A stretch of 64,000 nucleotides of DNA from an uncultured delta proteobacterium (GTDB lineage Bacteria; Myxococcota; Myxococcia; Myxococcales; Anaeromyxobacteraceae). Below, piece by piece: positions 53,146 through 62,032 of this stretch. A program made the position numbers and the translations under genes. Within the stretch, counting starts at the first letter, position 1; the number at the start of each line of letters is the position of its first letter. Location: assembly GCA_963814585.1 (NCBI GenBank), contig CAWFDF010000008.1:352001-416000 (forward strand), in the 5' to 3' direction. The notes below the pieces were generated by a model. That model had not been told where the DNA came from. It made no database searches and saw only the letters and a program-made list of their open reading frames with translations.

Positions 53146-53631
53146 TCAGCGCTTCGGCTCCTTGGCCGCCTCCAGCGCGGTGATGAGCGCCGTGGTGGAG
53201 TGGTCCTTGGGATCGCCGGCCACGGCCACCCGGCCCCCGTAGGCCCGGACCTCGGCCGCCTCGGGGATGGTGTCCGGAGTGTAATCGGTCCCCTTGACGT
53301 GCACGTCCGGGCGCAGCGCCCGGATGATGGGGACCACGTCCCTGGATGGGAAGACCACCACGTAGTCCACGCAGGCCAGCCCGGCGACGATCTCGGCCCG
53401 CTCGTCCTCGGGCACCAGCGGTCTCCCCGGCCCCTTGTAGGCCCGGGTGGAGGCGTCGCTGTTGACGGCCACCAGCAGCAGGTCGGCCTCGGCCTTGGCC
53501 CCCTGCAGGTAGCGCAGGTGCCCGACGTGGAAGAGGTCGAAGATCCCGTTGGCCAGCGCCACCGTCCGGCCGGCGGCGGTGGCCTCCTCCCGGATGCCCG
53601 GCAGCTCCTCGAGCGTGATGCGCCGGGCCAT
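53146..53631 (-). CDS. rfaE2: ADP-heptose synthase, adenylyltransferase domain
   Basis: NG.FDLFHVGHLRYL, NSDAS..KGPGRP, KGTDY, HSTT. Confidence 0.9.
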   Translation of the reverse strand: MARRITLEELPGIREEATAAGRTVALANGIFDLFHVGHLRYLQGAKAEADLLLVAVNSDASTRAYKGPGRPLVPEDERAEIVAGLACVDYVVVFPSRDVVPIIRALRPDVHVKGTDYTPDTIPEAAEVRAYGGRVAVAGDPKDHSTTALITALEAAKEPKR

Positions 53632-53634
53632 GGC

Positions 53635-54645
53635 TCAGGCCCCCTGCAGCTCGCCGCCCAGCTCCGCCAGCGACACGGTGGCGGTGCCGGGCTTCTGGAC
53701 CTGCAGCGCGCCGGCCACGTTGGCCAGCAGCGCGGCCTCCAGGGCGTCGCCGCCGGCGGCCAGGCCGGCCGCGAAGGCCGCGGCCACGGTGTCGCCGGCG
53801 CCGGTGACGTCGACGGCGTCCTGGCTCCCGTGCGCCGGAAGGTGAACGGGCGGCTGCCCGGGGCGGAACACCGACAGGCCGTTGCGGCCACGGGTGACCA
53901 GCAGCACCTCGCAGGCCACCTTCCTGATCAGCGCCCGGGCGGCGCGCTCGAGGCCGCCGGGCCCCGCCAGGGAGAGGCCGCTGGCCGCCTCCAGCTCCAC
54001 CTCGTTGGGCTTCACCATGGTGAGCCCCTTGAACTCGGCCAGCGCGTAGCGGGAGTCGACGCAGACCGGGACCCGGGCGCGGTGGACGCGCCGCAGGGCC
54101 TCGATCACCTCCGGGCCGGCCACCCCCGAGCCGTAGTCGCTGGCCAGCACCGCGCCGGCGCCCCGGCCGGCCCGGCCGACCTGCGCCGCCAGCTTGCGGG
54201 TCACGGCGGCGGGGAGCGGATCGCGCGAGGCGCGATCGAGCCGCAGCATCTGCTGGCGCCGGCTGGAGCGCCCCCCGGCCAGGATGCGGGTCTTGGCCTC
54301 GGTGGCGCGCCCCTTGACGCGGAGGATCCCGCCGACGTCGATGCCCCCTCCCTCCAGCTCGTCGAGCAGCGCCGTCCCGAGCGCGTCGTCGCCCACCACC
54401 CCGATGGCGCTGACCTGGACGCCCAGCGCGGCCAGGTTCTGCGCGGCGTTGCCCGCGCCACCGGCCTTCAGCTCGGAGGACTCGTAGCGGACGATCAGGA
54501 CCGGCGCCTCGCGGCTGATCCGGTCGGTCTCGCCGTAGACGTACTCGTCGGCCACGAAGTCGCCCACCACCACCACCTCGCTGGAGGGGAAGGCGGGCAG
54601 CAGCGCGGCGACGTCGTTCAGCGAGGGGAGCCGGGGCGCGGGCAC
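53635..54645 (-). CDS. rfaE1: Heptose-7-phosphate kinase (HldE domain I, PfkB family)
   Basis: RISREAPV, GGAGNAA.N, SDYG.G, DVTGAGDTV. Confidence 0.9.
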   Translation of the reverse strand: MPAPRLPSLNDVAALLPAFPSSEVVVVGDFVADEYVYGETDRISREAPVLIVRYESSELKAGGAGNAAQNLAALGVQVSAIGVVGDDALGTALLDELEGGGIDVGGILRVKGRATEAKTRILAGGRSSRRQQMLRLDRASRDPLPAAVTRKLAAQVGRAGRGAGAVLASDYGSGVAGPEVIEALRRVHRARVPVCVDSRYALAEFKGLTMVKPNEVELEAASGLSLAGPGGLERAARALIRKVACEVLLVTRGRNGLSVFRPGQPPVHLPAHGSQDAVDVTGAGDTVAAAFAAGLAAGGDALEAALLANVAGALQVQKPGTATVSLAELGGELQGA

Positions 54646-54677
54646 CGTGGTTCCCTACCTCGCGCCGCCGTGGGGCG

Positions 54678-55583
54678 TCAATTCGGGACGCCCGGCGGGG
54701 ATGCGGGCCCGGCGACGGGCGCCGGGGTCGGCGCGGGCGGCCGGGTCTTCCACCGCCGGTGGAGCCAGTACCATCGCTCCGGATGACGCCGGACCCAGGC
54801 CTCCAGCTTGTCGTTGAGCATCTGCATGAAGGCCAGGTCGTCGGCGTCCGGGTCGCCCGTGTCGGGCGGGTCGAGGGGGCCTTCCAGCACCACCCGGTGC
54901 CGCCCGTCCCCGAGCGGCACCGAGATGACGAAGACCACGGCGGCCCTGGCGCGGCGAGCCAGGAAGGCCGGCGTGGAGGTGGTGGCGGCCGGCACGCCGA
55001 AGAAGGTGGGGAAGATGGGGTGACCCACCTCGTTCTGGTCGTAGACGAAGCCCAGCACCCGGCCTTCCTTGAGCGCGCGCAGCAGGGCGCGCAGGGTCTG
55101 CCCCTTGGAGATGATCAGGTCCTGGATCCCGGAGCGCTGCCTGGCCCGGTGGAGGAGGGCGTTGAAGAAGTTGTCGCCCATCTCCCGCGAGAGCTGCGTG
55201 ATGGGGACGCCGCGCCGGTTGTGGGCGGAGGCCAGCAGGTCGAAGTTGCCGAAGTGGGCGGTGCAGGCCACCACCCCCTTCCCCCTCGCCGCCGCCCGCT
55301 CGAAGTTCTCCCACCCGTCGTAGTCGAACATCCGGTCCAGCTCCTCGGGCGCGAGCGTCGGCACGCGGAGGAAGTCGGGGATCATCTGGCCGAGGTGGTC
55401 GTAGTTGGCCCGGGCGATGGCCTCCCGCTCCGCCTCGGTCTTCTCGGGGAAGGCCAGCCGCAGGTTGTCGAGGGCCACCCGGCGGCGAATCCGCAGCGTC
55501 CAGATCAGCCAGCCGAGGAAGCGGCCGAAGGCGGTGAGGACGGGTCGCGGGATGCGCCCGAGCAGGTCGAGCAGGAAGTTCAC
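54678..55583 (-). CDS. Lipid A late acyltransferase (LpxL/HtrB family)
   Basis: TAHFGNFD, DQ, FFG..A.T, PERWYWLHRRWK. Confidence 0.9.
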   Translation of the reverse strand: MNFLLDLLGRIPRPVLTAFGRFLGWLIWTLRIRRRVALDNLRLAFPEKTEAEREAIARANYDHLGQMIPDFLRVPTLAPEELDRMFDYDGWENFERAAARGKGVVACTAHFGNFDLLASAHNRRGVPITQLSREMGDNFFNALLHRARQRSGIQDLIISKGQTLRALLRALKEGRVLGFVYDQNEVGHPIFPTFFGVPAATTSTPAFLARRARAAVVFVISVPLGDGRHRVVLEGPLDPPDTGDPDADDLAFMQMLNDKLEAWVRRHPERWYWLHRRWKTRPPAPTPAPVAGPASPPGVPN

Positions 55584-56701
55584 GCCTGGCTCCTCCGCCC
55601 TCGCCGATCGCCCGCGGCCAGCGCGGCGTCCAGCGCGGCCTGGAGCGCGGCTTCCCCGGCCAGCAGCTCGGCCTCGATCCGCACCACCGCGAGCCGTGGC
55701 TCGGCCGCCCAGGCCGCGGGGAGCCGCACCGCGTCCTTCTCCGTGGTCAGGATCAGCTCGGCCCGGGCCGCGTCGGCCGCGGCTCGCGCTCCGTCGAGGT
55801 CGGCGGCGGTGAAGCGGTGGTGATCGGGGTGCCGCCGCTCGGCCACCACCTCGGCCCCCAGCCCTTCCACGGTGCGCCGGAAGGATCCCGGGCGGGCCAG
55901 GCCCGAGAGCAGCAGCGCTCGCCGGCCCCTCGCCGCACCCAGGCCACGGGAGCGGGTCAGCGTGCCGTCGAGCAGGTCGAGCGGGACGTGGCGGGACTCC
56001 ACCGGGCCTCGCCCGGTGTACCGGAAGGCCAGAACCCGGAGCCGCTCCAGCAGCTCCGGCGGCGCCTGGTCGACGCGCGAGAGCCAGATCAGCCCGGCCC
56101 GGCCCAGCGCCCGGCGAGGTTCCCGGTTGGGACCCGCCGGCAGGAGGCGGCCGTTGCCGAACGGGTTGGCGGCGTCCAGCACCACCACGTCGAGATCGCG
56201 GGCCAGCGCGCGATGCTGGAACCCGTCGTCGAGCAGCAGGGCGTTGGCGCCGAGGCTGCCGGTCGCCATCGTCGCCAGCTCGGCACGCCGCGGGCCGCAG
56301 ATGACGCGCACCCCCGGGAGCCGCCTCGCCAGCAGCACCGGCTCGTCCCCGCCGGCCTCGGCCGGGAGGAGCACCCGCTCGCCATCGGCCACCACCCGCG
56401 GATCGGTCCGCGTGGCGCCGTAGCCGCGGGAGAGGATGGCGACCCGCCGCCCCCGCGCGGCGAGCCGCATGGCGATGGCGTGGGTCACCGGCGTCTTGCC
56501 GGCCCCGCCCACCGTGACGTTCCCGACCGAGATGACCGGCGCCGTCGACGAGGCCACCGCCAGCCACCGCCGATCGTAGGCCAGCGCCCGGAGCCAGACC
56601 ACGGCGCGGAACATGGCCTCGGCCGGCCACAGCGGCGCCAGCGCCGCCCGCTGCGAACCGGTGCGGTGCTCGGCCCACCAGGCGCGCTCCAGCGCGGTCA
56701 C
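55580..56701 (-). CDS. lpxK: Tetraacyldisaccharide 4'-kinase
   Basis: SVGNVTVGGAGKTP, SRGYG, GDEP, DDGFQH, LLPAGP.RE, TTEKD. Confidence 0.95.
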   Translation of the reverse strand: MTALERAWWAEHRTGSQRAALAPLWPAEAMFRAVVWLRALAYDRRWLAVASSTAPVISVGNVTVGGAGKTPVTHAIAMRLAARGRRVAILSRGYGATRTDPRVVADGERVLLPAEAGGDEPVLLARRLPGVRVICGPRRAELATMATGSLGANALLLDDGFQHRALARDLDVVVLDAANPFGNGRLLPAGPNREPRRALGRAGLIWLSRVDQAPPELLERLRVLAFRYTGRGPVESRHVPLDLLDGTLTRSRGLGAARGRRALLLSGLARPGSFRRTVEGLGAEVVAERRHPDHHRFTAADLDGARAAADAARAELILTTEKDAVRLPAAWAAEPRLAVVRIEAELLAGEAALQAALDAALAAGDRRGRRSQA

Positions 56702-57699
56702 GCCAGCATCTCCCGCGCCGCTGCCAGCACCGTCTCGACCTCGAGCCGGCCCAGGCAGTCGTGGTGTCCGAGCGGGCAGCGCTCGCCGCCGTGGTTGGAG
56801 CAGGGCTGGCAGCCGAGGCCGAGGCTCAGCGCGCGCCCGGGCGGTGGCGGGGCCCAGCGCACGGTGCTGGTGGGGCCGAACAGGACCAGCGCCGGGATCC
56901 CCTGCGCGGCGGCGAGGTGGACCGGACCGGAGTCGCAGGCCACCAGCAGGCTCAGCTCGGCCAGCGCCGCCGCCAGGGCGTCGACCGGGAGCGGCGTGAG
57001 GTCGGCCTCGAGGGGCGCGCGCAGCGCGGCCCGGAAGGCGGAGGCCGCCGCGGCGTCGCCGGGGCCCGCCACCAGCACCAGACCATGACCTGCGGCGTGG
57101 AGGGCGTCGCCCACCGCGGCGAACCGCTCCGGCGCCCAGCGCTTGGTGGCCCAGGTGGCGCCGGGAGCGATCCCGACCAGCGGTCGCCTGGCCGCCGCCA
57201 GCAGCTCGCGGGCCCGGGCCCGGGACGGGCCCGGCAGGGCGACCTCCGTCCGGCCCGGCGCGTCGATCCCGAGCGGCCGCAAGGCCTCGGCGTAGAGCGC
57301 GGTGGCGTGGGCGCGCGCCAGCGGCCGGTCGCGCCCGAGGATGGCCCTCAGCGCCTCCCCGAGGGTGCGCCGGTGGAAGTAGATCCGCCGCGGCGCCGCG
57401 ACCACGGCCAGGTAGCGGCTCTTCACCTTCTCCTGCAGGTCGATGGCGAGGTCGAACCGGCCACGCAGCCGCCGCGCCAGCGCGCGGGGCGAGTCCTCGC
57501 CCTGCTTCCCGAGGCGGTGGACCGCGGCGATCCCGGGCAGTCCCGCCAGCAGCGGCGCGGCCGAGGGCGAGGTCACCCACTCGATCCGGGCGCCCGGGAA
57601 GCGGCGCCGCAACGGCTCGAGGACGCTGGTGGCGAGCACCACGTCGCCCAGCGCCGAGTACCGGATCACCAGGACGCGCTGGCCGCTCACGTCGCTCAC
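56698..57699 (-). CDS. GT9 LPS heptosyltransferase (WaaC/WaaF family)
   Basis: SALGDVV, IDLQ, PGA.W.TKRW, DSGPVHLAAA, LFGPT. Confidence 0.92.
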   Translation of the reverse strand: MSDVSGQRVLVIRYSALGDVVLATSVLEPLRRRFPGARIEWVTSPSAAPLLAGLPGIAAVHRLGKQGEDSPRALARRLRGRFDLAIDLQEKVKSRYLAVVAAPRRIYFHRRTLGEALRAILGRDRPLARAHATALYAEALRPLGIDAPGRTEVALPGPSRARARELLAAARRPLVGIAPGATWATKRWAPERFAAVGDALHAAGHGLVLVAGPGDAAAASAFRAALRAPLEADLTPLPVDALAAALAELSLLVACDSGPVHLAAAQGIPALVLFGPTSTVRWAPPPPGRALSLGLGCQPCSNHGGERCPLGHHDCLGRLEVETVLAAAREMLA

Positions 57700-58991
57700 G
57701 AGGCCCCGTCCCCCGGCGCGCCTCGCTCGCGAGGCAGCACCGCCAGCATGTGGTCGACGTTGCGGGCGCTGGCGCCGCGGATGGCGGTGACGGCGCGCCG
57801 CGCCAGCGCCCCCAGCTCGGCCAGCTGATCGGGACGCGAGAGCAGCTCGTCGGCCACCCGGAAGAGCTGCTCCGGGGTCTGCACCTGAAGCCCGCCCCGC
57901 CCCTGCAGCACCTGGACCGAGTCCTTGAAGTTCTCCATGTGCGGTCCGAAGAGGACCGGCTTGCCCTGCGCCGCCGGCTCGAGGACGTTCTGCCCGCCCC
58001 GGGTGACGAAGCTGCCGCCCACGAAGACCAGCGCGGCGAGCCGATAGGCGGACGCCAGCTCGCCGATGGTGTCGAGCACCACCACGGGGGCGCGCCCCGC
58101 CGCCGCCCCGGCGCTGCGCAGCCGGACCCCCAGGCCCGCCTCCGCCGCCATCGCCATGATCCGCCCGGCCCGCTCCACGTAGCGCGGCGCCACCACCAGC
58201 TGCAGCCCGGGGTGGCGCTCGGCCAGGCGCCGGTAGACCTCGAGGAGGTGCTCCTCCTCCCCCTCGTGCGTCGAGCCCGCCATGAAGACCGGGGATCGCG
58301 GATCGAGCCCCATCTCGGCTCGCAGCGCCTCCTCCCGCCCGGGCGGCGGCTCGAAGACCAGCGCGTCGAACTTGGTGTTGCCGGTGGCCCAGACCCGGTC
58401 CGGGGCCGCCCCCAGCGCCAGCGCCCGCCCGGCCTCCTCGTCGGAGCGCATCAGGAAGCAGTCGATGGTGCGCAGCGGATTGCCGATCAGGCCGAAGAGG
58501 AGCCGGTAGCTGCCGAGCTTGGCCGGGTTGAAGCGGCCGTTGGTGAGCGCGATGCGGGCGCCGGCCCGGTGGGCGGCGTGGATCAGGCCGGGCCAGATCT
58601 CGGTGTACTCCAGCACCAGCAGGTCGGGACGGAGCGCCCGCATGGCCCGCGCCGTGGCCCCGTACAGGTCGTAGGGGGCGTAGACGACCACGTCGGCCTC
58701 GGCGAGCTTGCGCTTCGCCATCTCCTGTCCGCTGTTGGTGATGGTGCTGACCACCAGGCAGCAGCCCGGGCGGCGCGCCTTCAGCTCCCTCATCATGGGC
58801 TGGAGCGAGAGCAGGTCGCCGGCGCTGGCGCCGTGGAGCCAGATGCGGGGCCGGCCCCGGCCCAGCTCGAGCGAGCGGCCGTAGAAGCCGAGCCGCTGGG
58901 CGATGCCGTGCCGCAGCTTCGGGTGCGTCAGCAGCACCGGCAAGGCCAGCAGGAAGGCCACGGCCGTGCCGATGACGTAGAGGAGGTGCAC
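57696..58991 (-). CDS. waaA: Kdo transferase
   Basis: IWLHGASAG, TEIWP, GNTKFD, AGSTHEGEE, DTIGEL, GGQNVLEPA, GPHMENF. Confidence 0.95.
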   Translation of the reverse strand: MHLLYVIGTAVAFLLALPVLLTHPKLRHGIAQRLGFYGRSLELGRGRPRIWLHGASAGDLLSLQPMMRELKARRPGCCLVVSTITNSGQEMAKRKLAEADVVVYAPYDLYGATARAMRALRPDLLVLEYTEIWPGLIHAAHRAGARIALTNGRFNPAKLGSYRLLFGLIGNPLRTIDCFLMRSDEEAGRALALGAAPDRVWATGNTKFDALVFEPPPGREEALRAEMGLDPRSPVFMAGSTHEGEEEHLLEVYRRLAERHPGLQLVVAPRYVERAGRIMAMAAEAGLGVRLRSAGAAAGRAPVVVLDTIGELASAYRLAALVFVGGSFVTRGGQNVLEPAAQGKPVLFGPHMENFKDSVQVLQGRGGLQVQTPEQLFRVADELLSRPDQLAELGALARRAVTAIRGASARNVDHMLAVLPRERGAPGDGAS

Positions 58992-59004
58992 CGGTCCGGC
59001 CCTC

Positions 59005-60132
59005 CTACTCGATCACCGCGGGGTTGGTGAAGATCCAGGGGCGGCCGGCACGGGTCACCACCGCCCGGTACGTCCCCGGGCCGCAGCCGCCCGGGCAGTC
59101 GAAGCGGAGCGCGCCCCCATCGCCCCGGCCGGCGGCCACCACCACGCCGCTGCGCCAGAGGACCGCCTCGGCGCCGTCGAGCGCGCCGTCGACCGTGAGC
59201 CGCACCGCACCGCCGTCGGCGGCGAGCCGGATGCGGGCCGCGGGGGCCACGCCGTCGAAGACACAGGCGGCCCGTCCGTCGAGCAGTGACGCCAGCACCG
59301 CCTTCCCATCGACGGCGGCGTCACCGGTGGGCGTCACCGGGACGTGCATGCTGAAGGCCTCGAAGGCGGCCTGGTAGCTGGGGTAGCCGTGGGCGTCGGC
59401 CGAGCAGAGGAGCACGCGGGGCGGAGCCAGGGCCCCGTCGGCCCGGCGCACCGTGGCCCCGGGCGCGCGAAGGCCGGCCTCCAGCACCGCTTCCTCCCGG
59501 TGCGTGGCCGGGACGAGGCCGATCACGGTCCGGGCGGCGTCGAAGGGGAGCGCCGCAAGCCCGGGGAGGATCCGGCTCCAGCCGCGGCCGACGGTGATCT
59601 CGCCCCAGGAGGTGTCGTTGGAGACCACCTCGATGCCGCGCCAGGGTCCCCGCTCCCACCCGCTCCACGGGCGCCGGGCGTGGAAGGGGTGGGCCAGGAC
59701 CGCCTGCCCGCCGAGCGCGGCGATGGCGTCGAGCGGCTCGCCGCCGCACTCCGCTGGCGTCAGCGCGCGGGGAAGGCCCACGGCGACGACGTGGCCGAAG
59801 CGGGAGGAGGCCTCGCTGGCCTCGACGACCAGGACCCCGTCGTGCCATCCGGCGTCCTCCGGAGCGAGCACGTTGTGGTCGGTGACCACCACGAACTGGA
59901 GGCCGGCGGCGCGGGCGGCGCGCACCACCTCCTGGAGCGTGCCCCGGCCGTCGCTGCGGGTGGTGTGGACGTGCCAGGCGCCGCGCAGCTCGCCGGCGGG
60001 TGGCGCCAGCCGCCCGGGCCGGGCCGGGCGGACCACGGCGAAGCCCCATGCGAGCCAGGCGACGAGGACGGCGAGGAGCGCCGCCAGGGCCACGCGCCAC
60101 GCCCCCGGCCGCCTCGAGTCGGTGGCGCTCAT
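59005..60132 (-). CDS. PHP-domain phosphoesterase with N-terminal TM
   Basis: HVHTTRSDG, TDHN, GH, AHP, ADAH metal-binding motifs. Confidence 0.82.
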   Translation of the reverse strand: MSATDSRRPGAWRVALAALLAVLVAWLAWGFAVVRPARPGRLAPPAGELRGAWHVHTTRSDGRGTLQEVVRAARAAGLQFVVVTDHNVLAPEDAGWHDGVLVVEASEASSRFGHVVAVGLPRALTPAECGGEPLDAIAALGGQAVLAHPFHARRPWSGWERGPWRGIEVVSNDTSWGEITVGRGWSRILPGLAALPFDAARTVIGLVPATHREEAVLEAGLRAPGATVRRADGALAPPRVLLCSADAHGYPSYQAAFEAFSMHVPVTPTGDAAVDGKAVLASLLDGRAACVFDGVAPAARIRLAADGGAVRLTVDGALDGAEAVLWRSGVVVAAGRGDGGALRFDCPGGCGPGTYRAVVTRAGRPWIFTNPAVIE

Positions 60133-61967
60133 GCCGGCGGGGCTGGCGCCACGTGGGCCCGCCCCTCCCCCTCGTAGATGGCGAGCAGCCGGGCGTACTC
60201 GCCGCCACGGGCCATCAGCTCGACGTGGCGCCCCTCTTCCACCACCCGGCCCGAAGCCAGCACCACGATCCGGTCGGCGTTACGAATGGTCGAGAGCCGG
60301 TGGGCGATCACCAGGGTGGTCCGGTGGCCCTCCGACCCGAGCCCCATGAGCTGCTCGAGGGCTCGCTGCACCTCGCGCTCGCTCTCGGCGTCGAGCGCGC
60401 TGGTGGCCTCGTCGAGGATGAGGATGGGGGCATCCTTCAGGAAGGCGCGCGCGATGGCCAGCCGCTGGCGCTGGCCGCCGGAGAGCAGCGTCCCCTTCTC
60501 GCCGACGCGGGTGTCGTAGCCCTGCGGCATCGCGCTGATGAAGCCGTGCGCCTGCGCCATGCGGGCGGCCCGCTCCACGTCCGCCAGCGGGACGTCGGGC
60601 GAGCCGTACGCGATGTTGTTGCGGATGGTGTCGTTGAAGAGGACCGTGTCCTGGGTGACCAGCGCCAGCTGCCCGCGCAGGCTCCGCAGCGTCACCTCGC
60701 GGATGTCCCGGCCGTCGATGGTGATCCGGCCACCGGTCGGGTCCCAGAAGCGCGGCAGCAGGTTGGCCACGGTGGTCTTGCCGCCACCCGAGCCGCCCAC
60801 CAGGGCCACCACCTCGCCCTTGCGGATCTCCAGCGAGAGCTGGTGGAGCACCGGCGTGTCGCCGTAGGCGAAGGAGACCTCCTGGTAGCGAATGGCCTCG
60901 CCGAACGGGGCCAGCTCCCCGGTGCCGGAGTCGGGCACGGCGGTCGGCGAGTCGAGGATCTCGAAGACCCGCTCGCCGGCCGCCGCTCCCTGCAGCGCCA
61001 GCTGGCCGACGCGCCCCAGCTGCTTGACCGGCTGGTAGAGGAGCATCACCGCGGTGATGAAGGAGAAGACCTTGGCCGCCGGCAGGGTGCCCGAGATGAT
61101 CTTGGGGCCGACCCAGGCGATGACGAAGGCCAGGCCGGCCGCCGCCATCACCTCCATGAGCGGGGACGAGAAGGCTCGCACCAGGAAGCTGCGGCGCTGG
61201 ATGCGGAGCCACCTCTGGTTGGCCTCGTCGAACCGTCCCGACTCCCAGCGCTCCATGCCGAAGGCCTGGACCACGCGGATGCCGCTCACCGTCTCCTGCA
61301 CCATCTCGGAGATCTGGCCGATGGAGGCCTGGCCCTGGGTGGTGGCCCTCTTGAGCCGCTGGCCGAGCCGGATGACCGGGAGCAGCGTGATGGGGATGGC
61401 GCCGAAGACCACCAGCGACATCTGCCAGTCGAGGAAGAAGCAGTTGACCAGCATCACCACCACGGTCAGGCCATCGCGGATGTAGCTGGCGATCGAGTTG
61501 GTGATGGCCACCTCGACGGCGCCGATGTCGGCCGCAAACCGGGACATCAGGTCGCCCGAGTGACGGCGCGTGAAGAAGGCCGGCGAGAGCCCGAGCAGGT
61601 GATCGAAGAGGGCCTGGCGCAGGTCGGCCACCACCCGCTGGCCCAGCATCCCCATCAGGTAGAACTGGCCGAAGGCCGCCGCGCCCTTGAGCAGCGACAC
61701 GCCGACGATGACGAAGGGGACCGCGGCCAGGATCTGGTTGCGGTCGGCGTGGGCCAGGGCCTCGGAGATCCCCAGCCCGCCCGGGAGGAAGCGATCCAGC
61801 GACGCCACCGATCCGGGCTCCCCGGTGAAGAGGAAGTCGAGGAACGGCCCGATCAGGTTCATGTAGGCGGCGTTGGCCACCGCGTACACGAGCATGCAGA
61901 CGATCGCGAAGGCGAAGCGGGCGCGGTACGGGGCGACGAAGCGGAGGAGGCGGAAGTAGGCGTGCAC
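60129..61967 (-). CDS. msbA: Lipid A ABC exporter
   Basis: TMD plus NBD (GSGGGKTT, LSGGQRQR, LDEATSALD, IAHRLST); in the LPS operon. Confidence 0.88.
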   Translation of the reverse strand: MHAYFRLLRFVAPYRARFAFAIVCMLVYAVANAAYMNLIGPFLDFLFTGEPGSVASLDRFLPGGLGISEALAHADRNQILAAVPFVIVGVSLLKGAAAFGQFYLMGMLGQRVVADLRQALFDHLLGLSPAFFTRRHSGDLMSRFAADIGAVEVAITNSIASYIRDGLTVVVMLVNCFFLDWQMSLVVFGAIPITLLPVIRLGQRLKRATTQGQASIGQISEMVQETVSGIRVVQAFGMERWESGRFDEANQRWLRIQRRSFLVRAFSSPLMEVMAAAGLAFVIAWVGPKIISGTLPAAKVFSFITAVMLLYQPVKQLGRVGQLALQGAAAGERVFEILDSPTAVPDSGTGELAPFGEAIRYQEVSFAYGDTPVLHQLSLEIRKGEVVALVGGSGGGKTTVANLLPRFWDPTGGRITIDGRDIREVTLRSLRGQLALVTQDTVLFNDTIRNNIAYGSPDVPLADVERAARMAQAHGFISAMPQGYDTRVGEKGTLLSGGQRQRLAIARAFLKDAPILILDEATSALDAESEREVQRALEQLMGLGSEGHRTTLVIAHRLSTIRNADRIVVLASGRVVEEGRHVELMARGGEYARLLAIYEGEGRAHVAPAPPA

Positions 61968-62032
61968 GGCAGGCGCATCCTAGCGCCAATCCCGCCGCGC
62001 CGCCCCAACTCCGGCCGGCCTCGGCGCGGGAC

